Shown here: positions 1-8,393 of the stretch, in pieces
Layout: the number at the start of each line of letters is the position of its first letter
Position numbering within the stretch: the stretch's first letter is position 1
From: an uncultured Caldilineaceae bacterium
GTDB taxonomy: Bacteria > Chloroflexota > Anaerolineae > 4572-78 > J111
DNA length: 64,000 nt
Assembly: GCA_964443075.1 (NCBI GenBank)
Contig: CAYUCB010000001.1
Coordinates: 23,778-87,777 of the forward strand
Direction of reading: 5' to 3'
Program-made: the position numbers and the translations under genes
Notes under the pieces: model-generated
Told to the model about the DNA's origin: nothing
Seen by the model: only the letters and a program-made list of their open reading frames with translations
The model's database searches: none

Positions 1-2294
1 TGGTTGACCTGCTTCTCTCTGGCATGGATGCCGCGCACCAGGCAGTCATCCCCTCGCACGTATTTATGGCCCTGGATAAACGAATTGACCGGGACACCGC
101 CGAGCGCCTCAAAAGTATTGAGGGCGTGGAAGATATTGAAGTGCTTAACGAGGTGGCGGTGCGCTACAAAGTGAAACCTACAGATGAGTGGCGGGCCGCC
201 CGGCTGATTATGCGTGACAATTACTACGAACAAACCTACGACTTACTGACGCTTAAAGAAGGCCATTGGCCTGAAAAAGACACCATGGCGATTGAGCGCC
301 TATCCAGCCAGGTGTTTAATATAGATATTGGCGACAAGGTTATTTTTGAAACCGATAAAAGCGACCGCGCCCTGACCATTAGCGGCAAAATCCGTCACCC
401 CTTTATCGAGCCGCCCCAATTTGGCGGCGACGCCGTTTTTTTTGCCAACGCTCAAGGTATGGAACGCTTTAACGTGCCGGAGGGAGAATACGGTTCGCTA
501 TTTGTCCGCGTTACCCCCTACAGCGCCGAGTTTACCCGCCAGATATCTTCTGATATTAAAGACCGGCTGGGCAAAGAAGGAGTTGGGGTAGGTTTTACCT
601 CTTATCAAGACCCGGTAGAACATTGGGGCCGCTTATTTGTTGAGGGCATCAACCTGGTGCTACAAATTTTGGCGGTGGTTTCGCTGTTTATGAGCGTCAT
701 CCTGATTACTAATACCATGACCGCTCTCATTACCCAACAAATTAACCAAATTGGTATGATTAAAGCCATTGGCGGCGGAACTGGAGTCATCCTTAAAATT
801 TATATGGTCACAGTGCTCATTTATGGCGGACTGGCTTTTCTTATCTCGCTGCCGTTGGGGGCGCTGGTGGCCTTTGGCTTGAGTAAATGGTTTTTGAACG
901 TGTTTAATATTGATTACGATACTTTTCAAATTTCCACCCAGGCCGTTATTTACCAGGTCATCGCCGCCACGCTCATTCCGATGTTGGCCGCTTTGTGGCC
1001 GGTGCTGCGCGGGGCCACCATGACCGTGCGTGAAGCCATTGCCACCTATGGCATTGGCAGCGATTTTGGCTCTAACTGGCTGGATCGCACGGTAGAACGC
1101 CTCGGCAGCCGCTTTTTGGCCTCATCTTACGCCATCACTCTGGGCAATATGTTCCGGCGCAAAGGCCGCCTCATCTTAACCCAATTGGTTTTGATAGGGG
1201 CCGGCACCATGTTTCTAATGGTGATGAGCCTGTCGGCTTCTATCACCCACACCCTGGAAACCGATTTGCAACGGCGGGGCTTTGATATCCGCATTGGCTT
1301 TGAAGATCAACAAAGCCAGCGGCGGGTGATGTCCATTCTGCGCGATATTCCAGAGGTGGTCCAGGCCGAACTCTGGTTTGTCAACCCCACTTCTATCCTA
1401 AAACAGGGTCAGCGCCTTAAAGAGGCCGGGGTAGGGGCGCAGGTGGTGGGCCTTCCCACCGGCAGCAGTATGTATCGGCCCATGATAATTTCAGGCCGTT
1501 GGTTTGAGCCGGGCGATGGCCGGGTCGTGGTCATCAGCCGCGATACCGCTGACGATAATAACCTCAAAGTGGGCGATACCGTCACCTTGAATATGTTTGA
1601 ACTGGGCGATTCGGAATGGAAAGTGATTGGCCTGTTTCAGGTGATTTTTGGGGGTGGGTTTGATGCCGAGCCGATTTACGTCTCGCAAGAGGCAGTGGCG
1701 GCGGCCACCAAGCAATACAATAAAGGGGTGCGGCTGCTGGTACAGACCACCCGCCCCGATGAAGAAACCGTTACCCGCATTAATGACCGGCTAAAAAATC
1801 TGTACGAGGCCCGGCAGATGGATGTGGATGTGTTTAGTTCCGGCACCACCCCCCAGGACCGTAAAGATGCGGTGAGCCAGTTTGCGGTGACCACCAATAT
1901 GCTGCTGGCTCTGGCGATTATTGTGGCTCTGGTGGGCGGCATTGGCTTGATGGGATCGCTTTCTATCAGCGTGGTTGAGCGCACCCGCGAAATTGGAGTG
2001 ATGCGGGCCATTGGGGCGCGCTCGCGTACCTTGATGGGCATGTTTGTGATGGAAGGAATCTTGCAAGGGTTGTTAAGCTGGGTCATTGCTGCACCCCTTT
2101 CCTACGCCTTGTTCCGCCCCCTGGCCGACGCTCTGGGTCAGGCTATGTTTGAGGCCAATCTGGATTCGCAATACAATTTTACCGCCGTGCTGGCTTGGCT
2201 GGCGGTGATTCTGCTGATCTCTATTTTGGCTTCCATTGTACCCGCCCGTAATGCCACCCGCATCAGTGTGCGCGAGAGTTTGGCCTACACATAA
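1..2294 (+). CDS. ABC transporter permease, FtsX/MacB(DevC)-like with two FtsX domains; 5' end lies beyond the window (frame open to position 3)
   Basis: ORF 24..2294 is open upstream to the window edge. Two FtsX-type 4-TM modules (res ~200-330 and ~640-750) with an 'ERTREIGVMRAIGA' motif. Paralogous to the downstream 3235..5667 protein, which carries about 60 extra N-terminal residues. Confidence 0.8.
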   Translation, partial: VDLLLSGMDAAHQAVIPSHVFMALDKRIDRDTAERLKSIEGVEDIEVLNEVAVRYKVKPTDEWRAARLIMRDNYYEQTYDLLTLKEGHWPEKDTMAIERLSSQVFNIDIGDKVIFETDKSDRALTISGKIRHPFIEPPQFGGDAVFFANAQGMERFNVPEGEYGSLFVRVTPYSAEFTRQISSDIKDRLGKEGVGVGFTSYQDPVEHWGRLFVEGINLVLQILAVVSLFMSVILITNTMTALITQQINQIGMIKAIGGGTGVILKIYMVTVLIYGGLAFLISLPLGALVAFGLSKWFLNVFNIDYDTFQISTQAVIYQVIAATLIPMLAALWPVLRGATMTVREAIATYGIGSDFGSNWLDRTVERLGSRFLASSYAITLGNMFRRKGRLILTQLVLIGAGTMFLMVMSLSASITHTLETDLQRRGFDIRIGFEDQQSQRRVMSILRDIPEVVQAELWFVNPTSILKQGQRLKEAGVGAQVVGLPTGSSMYRPMIISGRWFEPGDGRVVVISRDTADDNNLKVGDTVTLNMFELGDSEWKVIGLFQVIFGGGFDAEPIYVSQEAVAAATKQYNKGVRLLVQTTRPDEETVTRINDRLKNLYEARQMDVDVFSSGTTPQDRKDAVSQFAVTTNMLLALAIIVALVGGIGLMGSLSISVVERTREIGVMRAIGARSRTLMGMFVMEGILQGLLSWVIAAPLSYALFRPLADALGQAMFEANLDSQYNFTAVLAWLAVILLISILASIVPARNATRISVRESLAYT

Positions 2295-2300
2295 TTTACT

Positions 2301-2335
2301 CCTCTCGTTCCCAAACTCTGTTTGGGAACGAGAGG
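2301..2335. repeat. Perfect 15-bp-stem hairpin (cctctcgttcccaaa/ctctg/tttgggaacgagagg) directly after the permease stop; first copy of a TTCCCAAAC..GTTTGGGAA palindrome
   Basis: Read directly from the sequence. No T-run follows. Confidence 0.7.
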
Positions 2336-2415
2336 AAGGGGGAAGTTATTTAACGTGTCCCCACGCTTCGCAGTCTGTTTGGGCACAAGCTGAATGGGTT
2401 ATAATACCATTATAC

Positions 2416-2444
2416 CCTGTTCCCAAACTCTGTTTGGGAACAGG
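2416..2444. repeat. Second copy of the GTTCCCAAACTCTGTTTGGGAAC palindrome (12-bp stem), flanked by two 'g[t/c]tataatacc' -10-like boxes
   Basis: Direct reading. A degenerate third copy 'cagtctgtttgggcac' sits at 2371-2386. Confidence 0.65.
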
Positions 2445-2494
2445 ATATAAGTGGGCTATAATACCGGTTAGAAAACGAATTTGGGAGAAGCAAA

Positions 2495-3070
2495 ATGTCT
2501 CAGGAACCCTGGCAAGAAGCCGTTACTGAAGTTTGGCAATTATTCAAAGAAACCGATGCCAAATTCAAAGAAACCGATGCTCGGTTAGACCGGCTCTTTA
2601 AAGAAACCGACCAAAAGATTAACCGTTTAGAAGGCTTGTTTGGCGCTCAATGGGGCCGGTTTATCGAAGCATTGGTTCAACCCAACGCCTTGCGTCTCTT
2701 TCAAGAGCGAGGTATTCGGGTTCATTATGTTTACCAACGGGCCAAGAGCCAAATAAACGGCCATACTCTGGAACTTGACTTGCTCTTAGAAAATAGCGGC
2801 GAGGTGGTGGTGGTTGAGGTAAAAAGTACCCTGCGCGTAGCCGATGTGAAAGATTTCTTGGCCGATTTGGCCCAACTTCTGGATTTCTTTCCTAAATACC
2901 GGGGTTATCAGGTCTATGGCGCGGTAGCGGCTTTAGAAGTGATTGAAGAAGCCGACCGTTACGCTTATCGGCAGGGACTGTTTGTGTTAGGGGTAATGGG
3001 CGACGGCTTGGCCCAGATTAAAAATGATGCCAACTTCAAACCCAAAGATTTTGCCAAGCCGGTAGAGTGA
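2495..3070 (+). CDS. Hypothetical protein with a PD-(D/E)XK-like nuclease core and an N-terminal 'FKETDAK' heptad repeat
   Basis: 'ELDLLLENSGEVVVVEVK' fits a D...(E/D)xK signature. The N-terminus is a repeated FKETDxK coiled-coil-like segment. No confident family name. Confidence 0.45.
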   Translation: MSQEPWQEAVTEVWQLFKETDAKFKETDARLDRLFKETDQKINRLEGLFGAQWGRFIEALVQPNALRLFQERGIRVHYVYQRAKSQINGHTLELDLLLENSGEVVVVEVKSTLRVADVKDFLADLAQLLDFFPKYRGYQVYGAVAALEVIEEADRYAYRQGLFVLGVMGDGLAQIKNDANFKPKDFAKPVE

Positions 3071-3090
3071 CCGGTTAAGTTTATGATTTA

Positions 3091-3123
3091 AGAGGGTAGG
3101 TTTTTGCCTACCCTCTTTTTGTT
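3091..3123 (+). terminator. Rho-independent terminator (agagggtagg-tttttgc-ctaccctct + T-run)
   Basis: GC stem followed by TTTTTGTTT. Confidence 0.7.
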
Positions 3124-3234
3124 TGGTTGTGACCTCATCTTTTCCTCTGACCTTTTTTTGGGGTACACTACCCCAGGAAAAGGATTTTTGCTTTTCCTGA
3201 CCATACGGCCAGGTGTTAAGTATCTAACCTATCT

Positions 3235-5667
3235 TTGGAAAAGAGATTGATCATTATGGGTGTGATTCGACACAAAATTTGGAGCGATGTGTGGCATAAC
3301 AAGGCCCGCACCTTGCAGGTCGTGCTCATTATTGCGATGGGCGCGTTTGCCATTGGGGCCATTATCGGCGCCAGCGATATTATGAACCGGGTGATGTCGA
3401 ATGATTGGCGGGCTTCTTCGCCGGCGATGATTTGGATGAGGGCCAACCCTCGCCTTGACGATAATGAACTCATCGCTCTGAAGAATATCAAAGGGGTGGA
3501 AGAGGTGGAAGGCGTGCTGACCACCAATATCGAATGGCGGGTTAGCCCCACCGACCCCTGGCAGTCGGCCGGGTTACTGGCCCGCGAGGATTACCAGGAA
3601 CAGCATTACAACCGGGCCACCCTGATTAGCGGTCATTGGCCCACCGACAAAACCTTTGCCATGGAAAAAGGGGTGGATGCCCAGTTTGGCTTGCAGCCCG
3701 GCGACCAGATTTACATTAAGGTTGACGATAAAGAACGCCTGATTAAACTGGAGGGGGTCATCTCTAGCCGGGTAATCTTTCCGGTAACCATGGGCGGCCC
3801 GGCCCAATTCTATACCACCCGCGACCGTTTTGGCGATTTAACCGGCGAGCGCAACTTTAATGAATTTATGGCCGGAGCGCCCGTTTACGATGAGGCCAAA
3901 TTAACCGAAATTGCCGACCGCATGCAGCGCCAATTAGAGAAGCAAGAGATTGAGTCGAGCGGGGCGGCCATTGGCGAAGGTAATACCCGCGTGGCTGACC
4001 CCAACCGCCACTTTTTGCAGGATATTCTGGATGGCCTGTTTATGGTGTTGGGGATTATGGGCGTTCTCATCCTGGTTTTGGGGTTGTTTCTGGTTTACAA
4101 TACCATCAATGCCCTGCTGACCCAACAAGTCAATCAGATTGGCATTATGAAGGCCATTGGCGGCCACACCCGGCAGATTTTATGGGTTTACCTCACCCTG
4201 GTGCTGGTGTATGGCCTGCTGGCTCTGGCCGTAGCCGTGCCGTTGGGGGCGTTGGGCGCTTACGGGATCAATATTTTTCTACTGGGCTTTTTTAATATAG
4301 ATCCCGGCCCCTTTACCTTTTCTATCCGGGCAGTGCTGGCGCAGGTGGCCATTGCGCTGCTGGCCCCCTTGCTGGCGGCGCTGATACCCATCTTTAGCGG
4401 GGCACGTATCACCGTGCGCGAGGCTATCAGCTCGTACGGGTTAGGTGGGGCAGTGGGCCTGCTGGATCGGCTGGTCGCCGGGGCCAAACGCACCCCCCGT
4501 CTGGTACTGCTGACTCTGAGCAACACCTTTCGTAACAAGGGACGGGTGATATTGACCCAGATAACCCTGGTGGGCAGTGGTTTGATTTTTATGATGATTA
4601 TGAGTGTGCAAGACTCGGTTACTTACACCTTTAACGACATGCTGTTTGGCATTCTGCGTTTTAATGTCAGCCTTTTGTTTGAGGATGCAGAGCGGATTGA
4701 CAAGGTTGAGCCGTTAACCCTGGCTCAACCGGGCGTAAAAGCAGTGGAAATGTGGGGTCTTACGAACGCCAAAATCCGGCTGGCTAACCAGCCCGAAACC
4801 GAGGATGACAAGGGGTCTACCTTATTTGGCGTGCCTTTGCCCACCACTCTGTATGGGCCGCAACTGCGGGCCGGGCGCTGGCTGCAACCGGGCGATACTG
4901 AGGCGGTGGTGCTTAACCAAAAACTGGCCGAAGACACCGGGGTAAAGGTGGGTGATTGGGTTGCATTTGACCACGGTCTCAAGGGCGAATCAATCTGGCG
5001 GGTGGTGGGGCTGTTGTTTGACCCGATTATTACCAACTCGGCTCACGTGCCCCGCGAAACGATGCTGCGCGAAATTGGCAGCGTCAACCAGGCCGAAACC
5101 CTCTGGATTCAAACGGTTGATACCACTGCTGCCGGTGAGAAACAGGTGGCCCAACAGTTGCGAACCCTATTCGACGCCCGTAAACTCAAGGTTAATCCTC
5201 AAAGTGTGTTTGGAAATGAAACCGCCTCAGAGATTGTCGAAGGCATCATGTTTCGCTTTGGCATTATCATTACCCTGCTGGCCTCGATGGCGGTGATTAT
5301 TGCCATTGTGGGCAGCATCGGCCTAAGCGGGGTGTTATCGCTCAGCGTATTAGAGCGGCGGCGCGAAATTGGGGTCATGCGGGCTATCGGGGCTTCATCG
5401 GGCACAATTGCCTGGCTGTTTATCGGTGAGGGGTTGATTTTGGGCCTGCTCAGTTGGGTCATTGCCCTGCCGTTGAGCCTTCCCGCCGGCTACGCTATGA
5501 CCCAGGCTCTGGGCGCGGCCCTGCAAGGCGAAATTGTCTACCGTTACACCCCCACCGGGGCGTTGTATTGGTTGGGTATCATCATTGTGTTGTCGGTGAT
5601 TGCCAGTTGGTTCCCGGCGCGCGGAGCCACGCGCGTCAGCGTGCGTGAGAGTTTGGCGTATCAGTAA
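3235..5667 (+). CDS. ABC transporter permease, FtsX/MacB(DevC)-like with two FtsX domains and large extracytoplasmic domains
   Basis: 'RREIGVMRAIGAS' motif and two 4-TM FtsX modules. Start may instead be the ATG at 3256 (MGVIRHK...). Confidence 0.8.
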   Translation: MEKRLIIMGVIRHKIWSDVWHNKARTLQVVLIIAMGAFAIGAIIGASDIMNRVMSNDWRASSPAMIWMRANPRLDDNELIALKNIKGVEEVEGVLTTNIEWRVSPTDPWQSAGLLAREDYQEQHYNRATLISGHWPTDKTFAMEKGVDAQFGLQPGDQIYIKVDDKERLIKLEGVISSRVIFPVTMGGPAQFYTTRDRFGDLTGERNFNEFMAGAPVYDEAKLTEIADRMQRQLEKQEIESSGAAIGEGNTRVADPNRHFLQDILDGLFMVLGIMGVLILVLGLFLVYNTINALLTQQVNQIGIMKAIGGHTRQILWVYLTLVLVYGLLALAVAVPLGALGAYGINIFLLGFFNIDPGPFTFSIRAVLAQVAIALLAPLLAALIPIFSGARITVREAISSYGLGGAVGLLDRLVAGAKRTPRLVLLTLSNTFRNKGRVILTQITLVGSGLIFMMIMSVQDSVTYTFNDMLFGILRFNVSLLFEDAERIDKVEPLTLAQPGVKAVEMWGLTNAKIRLANQPETEDDKGSTLFGVPLPTTLYGPQLRAGRWLQPGDTEAVVLNQKLAEDTGVKVGDWVAFDHGLKGESIWRVVGLLFDPIITNSAHVPRETMLREIGSVNQAETLWIQTVDTTAAGEKQVAQQLRTLFDARKLKVNPQSVFGNETASEIVEGIMFRFGIIITLLASMAVIIAIVGSIGLSGVLSLSVLERRREIGVMRAIGASSGTIAWLFIGEGLILGLLSWVIALPLSLPAGYAMTQALGAALQGEIVYRYTPTGALYWLGIIIVLSVIASWFPARGATRVSVRESLAYQ

Positions 5668-5679
5668 GTATCACTCAAG

Positions 5680-5726
5680 AAAAGACCCTGAAGGTTATAA
5701 AAACCTTCAGGGTCTTTTTTATTTTT
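5680..5726. terminator. Bidirectional intrinsic terminator between convergent genes (aaagaccctgaaggtt-ataaaa-accttcagggtcttt + T-run)
   Basis: 16-bp stem with a T-run on the plus strand and an A-run on the minus side. Confidence 0.7.
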
Positions 5727-6135
5727 CCAGCGACCCAGCCCCATGCGCCTGCACCCAGCCGGCCATGCCGCCTTGCAGGCTGGCTACCTGCTCCGCCGGC
5801 CAGCCGCGCTCCAGCAAATAGCCGGCCGCGCCGATACTGGTATTGCCATGCCAACATTGAAACACTACCTCTGCGTCTTGGGGTAGCTCGTTAACCCGGG
5901 CGGGAATCTCATTCACAAACATATGCACCGCCCCCGGAATATGACCGTATTGATACTCCCAGGTCTGGCGCATGTCTATCACCACCAGGTTGTCGCCGTT
6001 AGCTAAACGGGCCTTTAACTCCTGGGGCGAAATCTCCTGAATTTTTACCGGTTCAGGTCTGGGTGGCGGAGGAGCTGACGGTGTGATTGGAGTCGCTTCT
6101 TCTTTGCCGCCAAAAAATTTCTTAAAAAAACTCAT
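5719..6135 (-). CDS. Rhodanese-domain sulfurtransferase (single domain, Pro-rich N-terminal linker)
   Basis: Active-site loop 'CWHGNTS' and 'LVVIDMRQTWEY..GHIPGAVHM'. Sits immediately downstream of the E1-like gene, as in split MoeZ. Confidence 0.75.
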   Translation of the reverse strand: MSFFKKFFGGKEEATPITPSAPPPPRPEPVKIQEISPQELKARLANGDNLVVIDMRQTWEYQYGHIPGAVHMFVNEIPARVNELPQDAEVVFQCWHGNTSIGAAGYLLERGWPAEQVASLQGGMAGWVQAHGAGSLEK

Positions 6136-6167
6136 CGGTTGGATGCTCCTGCAAATTAATTTTATCT

Positions 6168-7199
6168 CTAATTGCCCACGTATTTAGCGTACAAACCCCG
6201 CGCCACACTTTCATCTTCGGTGCCTTTGATGATGGCCCGCGCATCGGCAAAGAGGGTGATTTCATAGGCGTCTACGCTAAAGCGCAGCAGATAATCATTC
6301 TGGGCCAGCATCCGGCTGACTCCCGCCAGCCGTTCGGCCAGTTGGGCCAGGGGCAGCCGGTTGCTCCCCGGCATTCGTAGCTGCACCGCGTTGCGCCCGC
6401 ACAGGTTAGCCACCTGCCCGCCGCGCGCCTCGTGGAGAAATTCAAAATTTCGCTGGCCGCAGGCCGGGCAATCGGGGCGCGGCCCGCCGGTATCAAACTG
6501 TTCAAAGGTGTTATACCATATATCAAAATGGCTGACCCCCTGGTTGAGCGTCCCCTGACCCACAATGAGTTTAAGGGCCTCGGCGGCGCTGATGCTGGCG
6601 ACCACCCCCACAATTGGGCCAACCACTCCGGCGGTATCGCAAGTAGCCACTGTGCCGGGCAGCGGTATATCGTTAAAAAGGCAGCGCAGGCAGGCCGTTT
6701 GGCCGGGGATAATGGTCTGACTCATCCCGTAAGAAGCCACCACGCCGGTGTAAATCCAGGGGAGATTATGTTTGAGGCAGGCATCGTTGAGCAGATAGCG
6801 CGTTTCAAAATTATCGGTGCCATCCATCACCAGCGTGGCCCCGGCGATGAGCGCCTCGATGTTCTCCGCGTTGACATCGCTTACCAGGCCGGTTACCTCA
6901 ATTTCAGAGTTGATGGCCCGCAGTTTGCGCTCGGCGGCCACCGCTTTGGGCAGGTTATCGGCCAAATCTTGCTCGTCAAACAGCATTTGGCGCTGCAAAT
7001 TATTCAGTTCGATGAAATCCCGGTCAACAACGGTTAAGTGGCCCACCCCGGCTCGGGCCAGGTGATTGGCGATGTTGGTGCCGGTGGCCCCGCAGCCGAT
7101 GATGACGACGCGGGCCGCCAGTAATTTTTGTTGACCTTCCACGCCAATGCCGGGGAAGATGGTTTGGCGCAAGTAGCGGGAGAGGTTAGGGTTAGCCAT
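6168..7199 (-). CDS. ThiF/MoeB-family E1-like adenylyltransferase with a C-terminal MoeZ/MoeB-like zinc (CxxC..CxxC) region
   Basis: Rossmann 'GCGATGTNIANHLARAGVGHLTVVDRD'; 'CLRC' ... 'CPAC'; about 343 aa. Confidence 0.85.
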   Translation of the reverse strand: MANPNLSRYLRQTIFPGIGVEGQQKLLAARVVIIGCGATGTNIANHLARAGVGHLTVVDRDFIELNNLQRQMLFDEQDLADNLPKAVAAERKLRAINSEIEVTGLVSDVNAENIEALIAGATLVMDGTDNFETRYLLNDACLKHNLPWIYTGVVASYGMSQTIIPGQTACLRCLFNDIPLPGTVATCDTAGVVGPIVGVVASISAAEALKLIVGQGTLNQGVSHFDIWYNTFEQFDTGGPRPDCPACGQRNFEFLHEARGGQVANLCGRNAVQLRMPGSNRLPLAQLAERLAGVSRMLAQNDYLLRFSVDAYEITLFADARAIIKGTEDESVARGLYAKYVGN

Positions 7200-7207
7200 A
7201 GTTTTTA

Positions 7208-8365
7208 TTAACCCAAAGGTTTATTGACTTTAATCCAGGCTTGTAAGCAGCCACTGGTAAAGGTGTATCGGCCTACCTGCTCGTACAAAAAACCAAGCTG
7301 TTTCAGCCGAGTCAGGTCATCAATCAGATGTTGCGTCGCTTGCTTATCCCCTTCAATCAGTTTTTTATCTTTGAGATTATCAAGAATTTTGGGATGATTG
7401 TAGGGGCCAACTTGAGGGGCTGTCAATGATAATACCTTTTGTTGCGTTTCAGTGGTATGGGTATTCCAGAGATGGGTGAAATGCAAACCGAGTTCAGGTT
7501 CGCTCAAAAATAAGGTTTGTGCAGTTTGTAAAATATTGATACCGATGTGACGATCAATTTGTTGTTGATTGAGAGCCTCAGCGGTTTTTGATAAAAACCA
7601 CTTCAAAAAATAAGGTTTCTGACCGGTCCAATCTAAAATAGGCTCATACAAATCTGGCTCAGTGGTCGCTTCCATGAGCCTCAAGGCATTATCAATCAAT
7701 TGTTGAGCCACTACTGGATTTAACCCTTCTAGCCTGACATGCCGAAAGGCGTTGAAAAAGGGGGACCACTCGCTGCGACTGGATAGGGTGTAAAGTACAT
7801 CATAACCGGCTACTACCATGCGAAAATCGGGGTCAGTTTGAGCCAATGGGCGGAGAAATGTAAAAAGTTCAGTTTTTTCATAACCTCGCAGAGTTTCGAT
7901 TTCATCAATTAACCAGACTAAACGGCGTTTTTTGTCATTACCCTCAAGGGGAAGTTTTACCCTTAACTCTTCAAGGTCATTCTCAAAGGCTTGATAGGCT
8001 TGTTCATCCGATTGGACTGTCAACGTACCTATCTTTAACGGCTTTTTTGAATCAATCGTTGTTTCAATGGCTTTGGCGGCGCTTCTGGCTAAACGCCCCA
8101 AAAATATTTTGTCGGTTTTAGGCGCTACTCCCTGAGCATCTACAAAAACGGGGATAAATTCAGTGGAGGACAGATGAGCCAAGAGATAATTGAGAAACGA
8201 GGTTTTACCGGCTTTACGCTCGCCTACCAGGGAAACACTGTCACCGGCCCGCAGTAGGTTTTGCACAGTGGTGAAGAGTTCATCACGTTCATAAAAATCG
8301 GGCGCATTGGCGGGCAAAGGGCCTTTACCGGGGAAGGGGTCTGAAACTAATTGAGCTAGAGGCAC
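7208..8365 (-). CDS. P-loop NTPase, Arch_ATPase/STAND-like (AAA+)
   Basis: Walker A 'GERKAGKTS' and Walker B 'LVWLIDEIE'. Paralogous to the ATPase core of 8394..10364. Region is AT-richer than its flanks. Confidence 0.7.
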   Translation of the reverse strand: MPLAQLVSDPFPGKGPLPANAPDFYERDELFTTVQNLLRAGDSVSLVGERKAGKTSFLNYLLAHLSSTEFIPVFVDAQGVAPKTDKIFLGRLARSAAKAIETTIDSKKPLKIGTLTVQSDEQAYQAFENDLEELRVKLPLEGNDKKRRLVWLIDEIETLRGYEKTELFTFLRPLAQTDPDFRMVVAGYDVLYTLSSRSEWSPFFNAFRHVRLEGLNPVVAQQLIDNALRLMEATTEPDLYEPILDWTGQKPYFLKWFLSKTAEALNQQQIDRHIGINILQTAQTLFLSEPELGLHFTHLWNTHTTETQQKVLSLTAPQVGPYNHPKILDNLKDKKLIEGDKQATQHLIDDLTRLKQLGFLYEQVGRYTFTSGCLQAWIKVNKPLG

Positions 8366-8393
8366 GAAAATAACTCCTATAATCGTTTGTAAC

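Noticed and set aside
2236-2529. 97-aa plus-strand ORF spanning the twin-hairpin region
   Set aside because: Translates through palindromic repeats and overlaps the permease 3' end; no support.
6432-7037. 201-aa plus-strand ORF
   Set aside because: Antisense within the ThiF/MoeB gene; no motifs.
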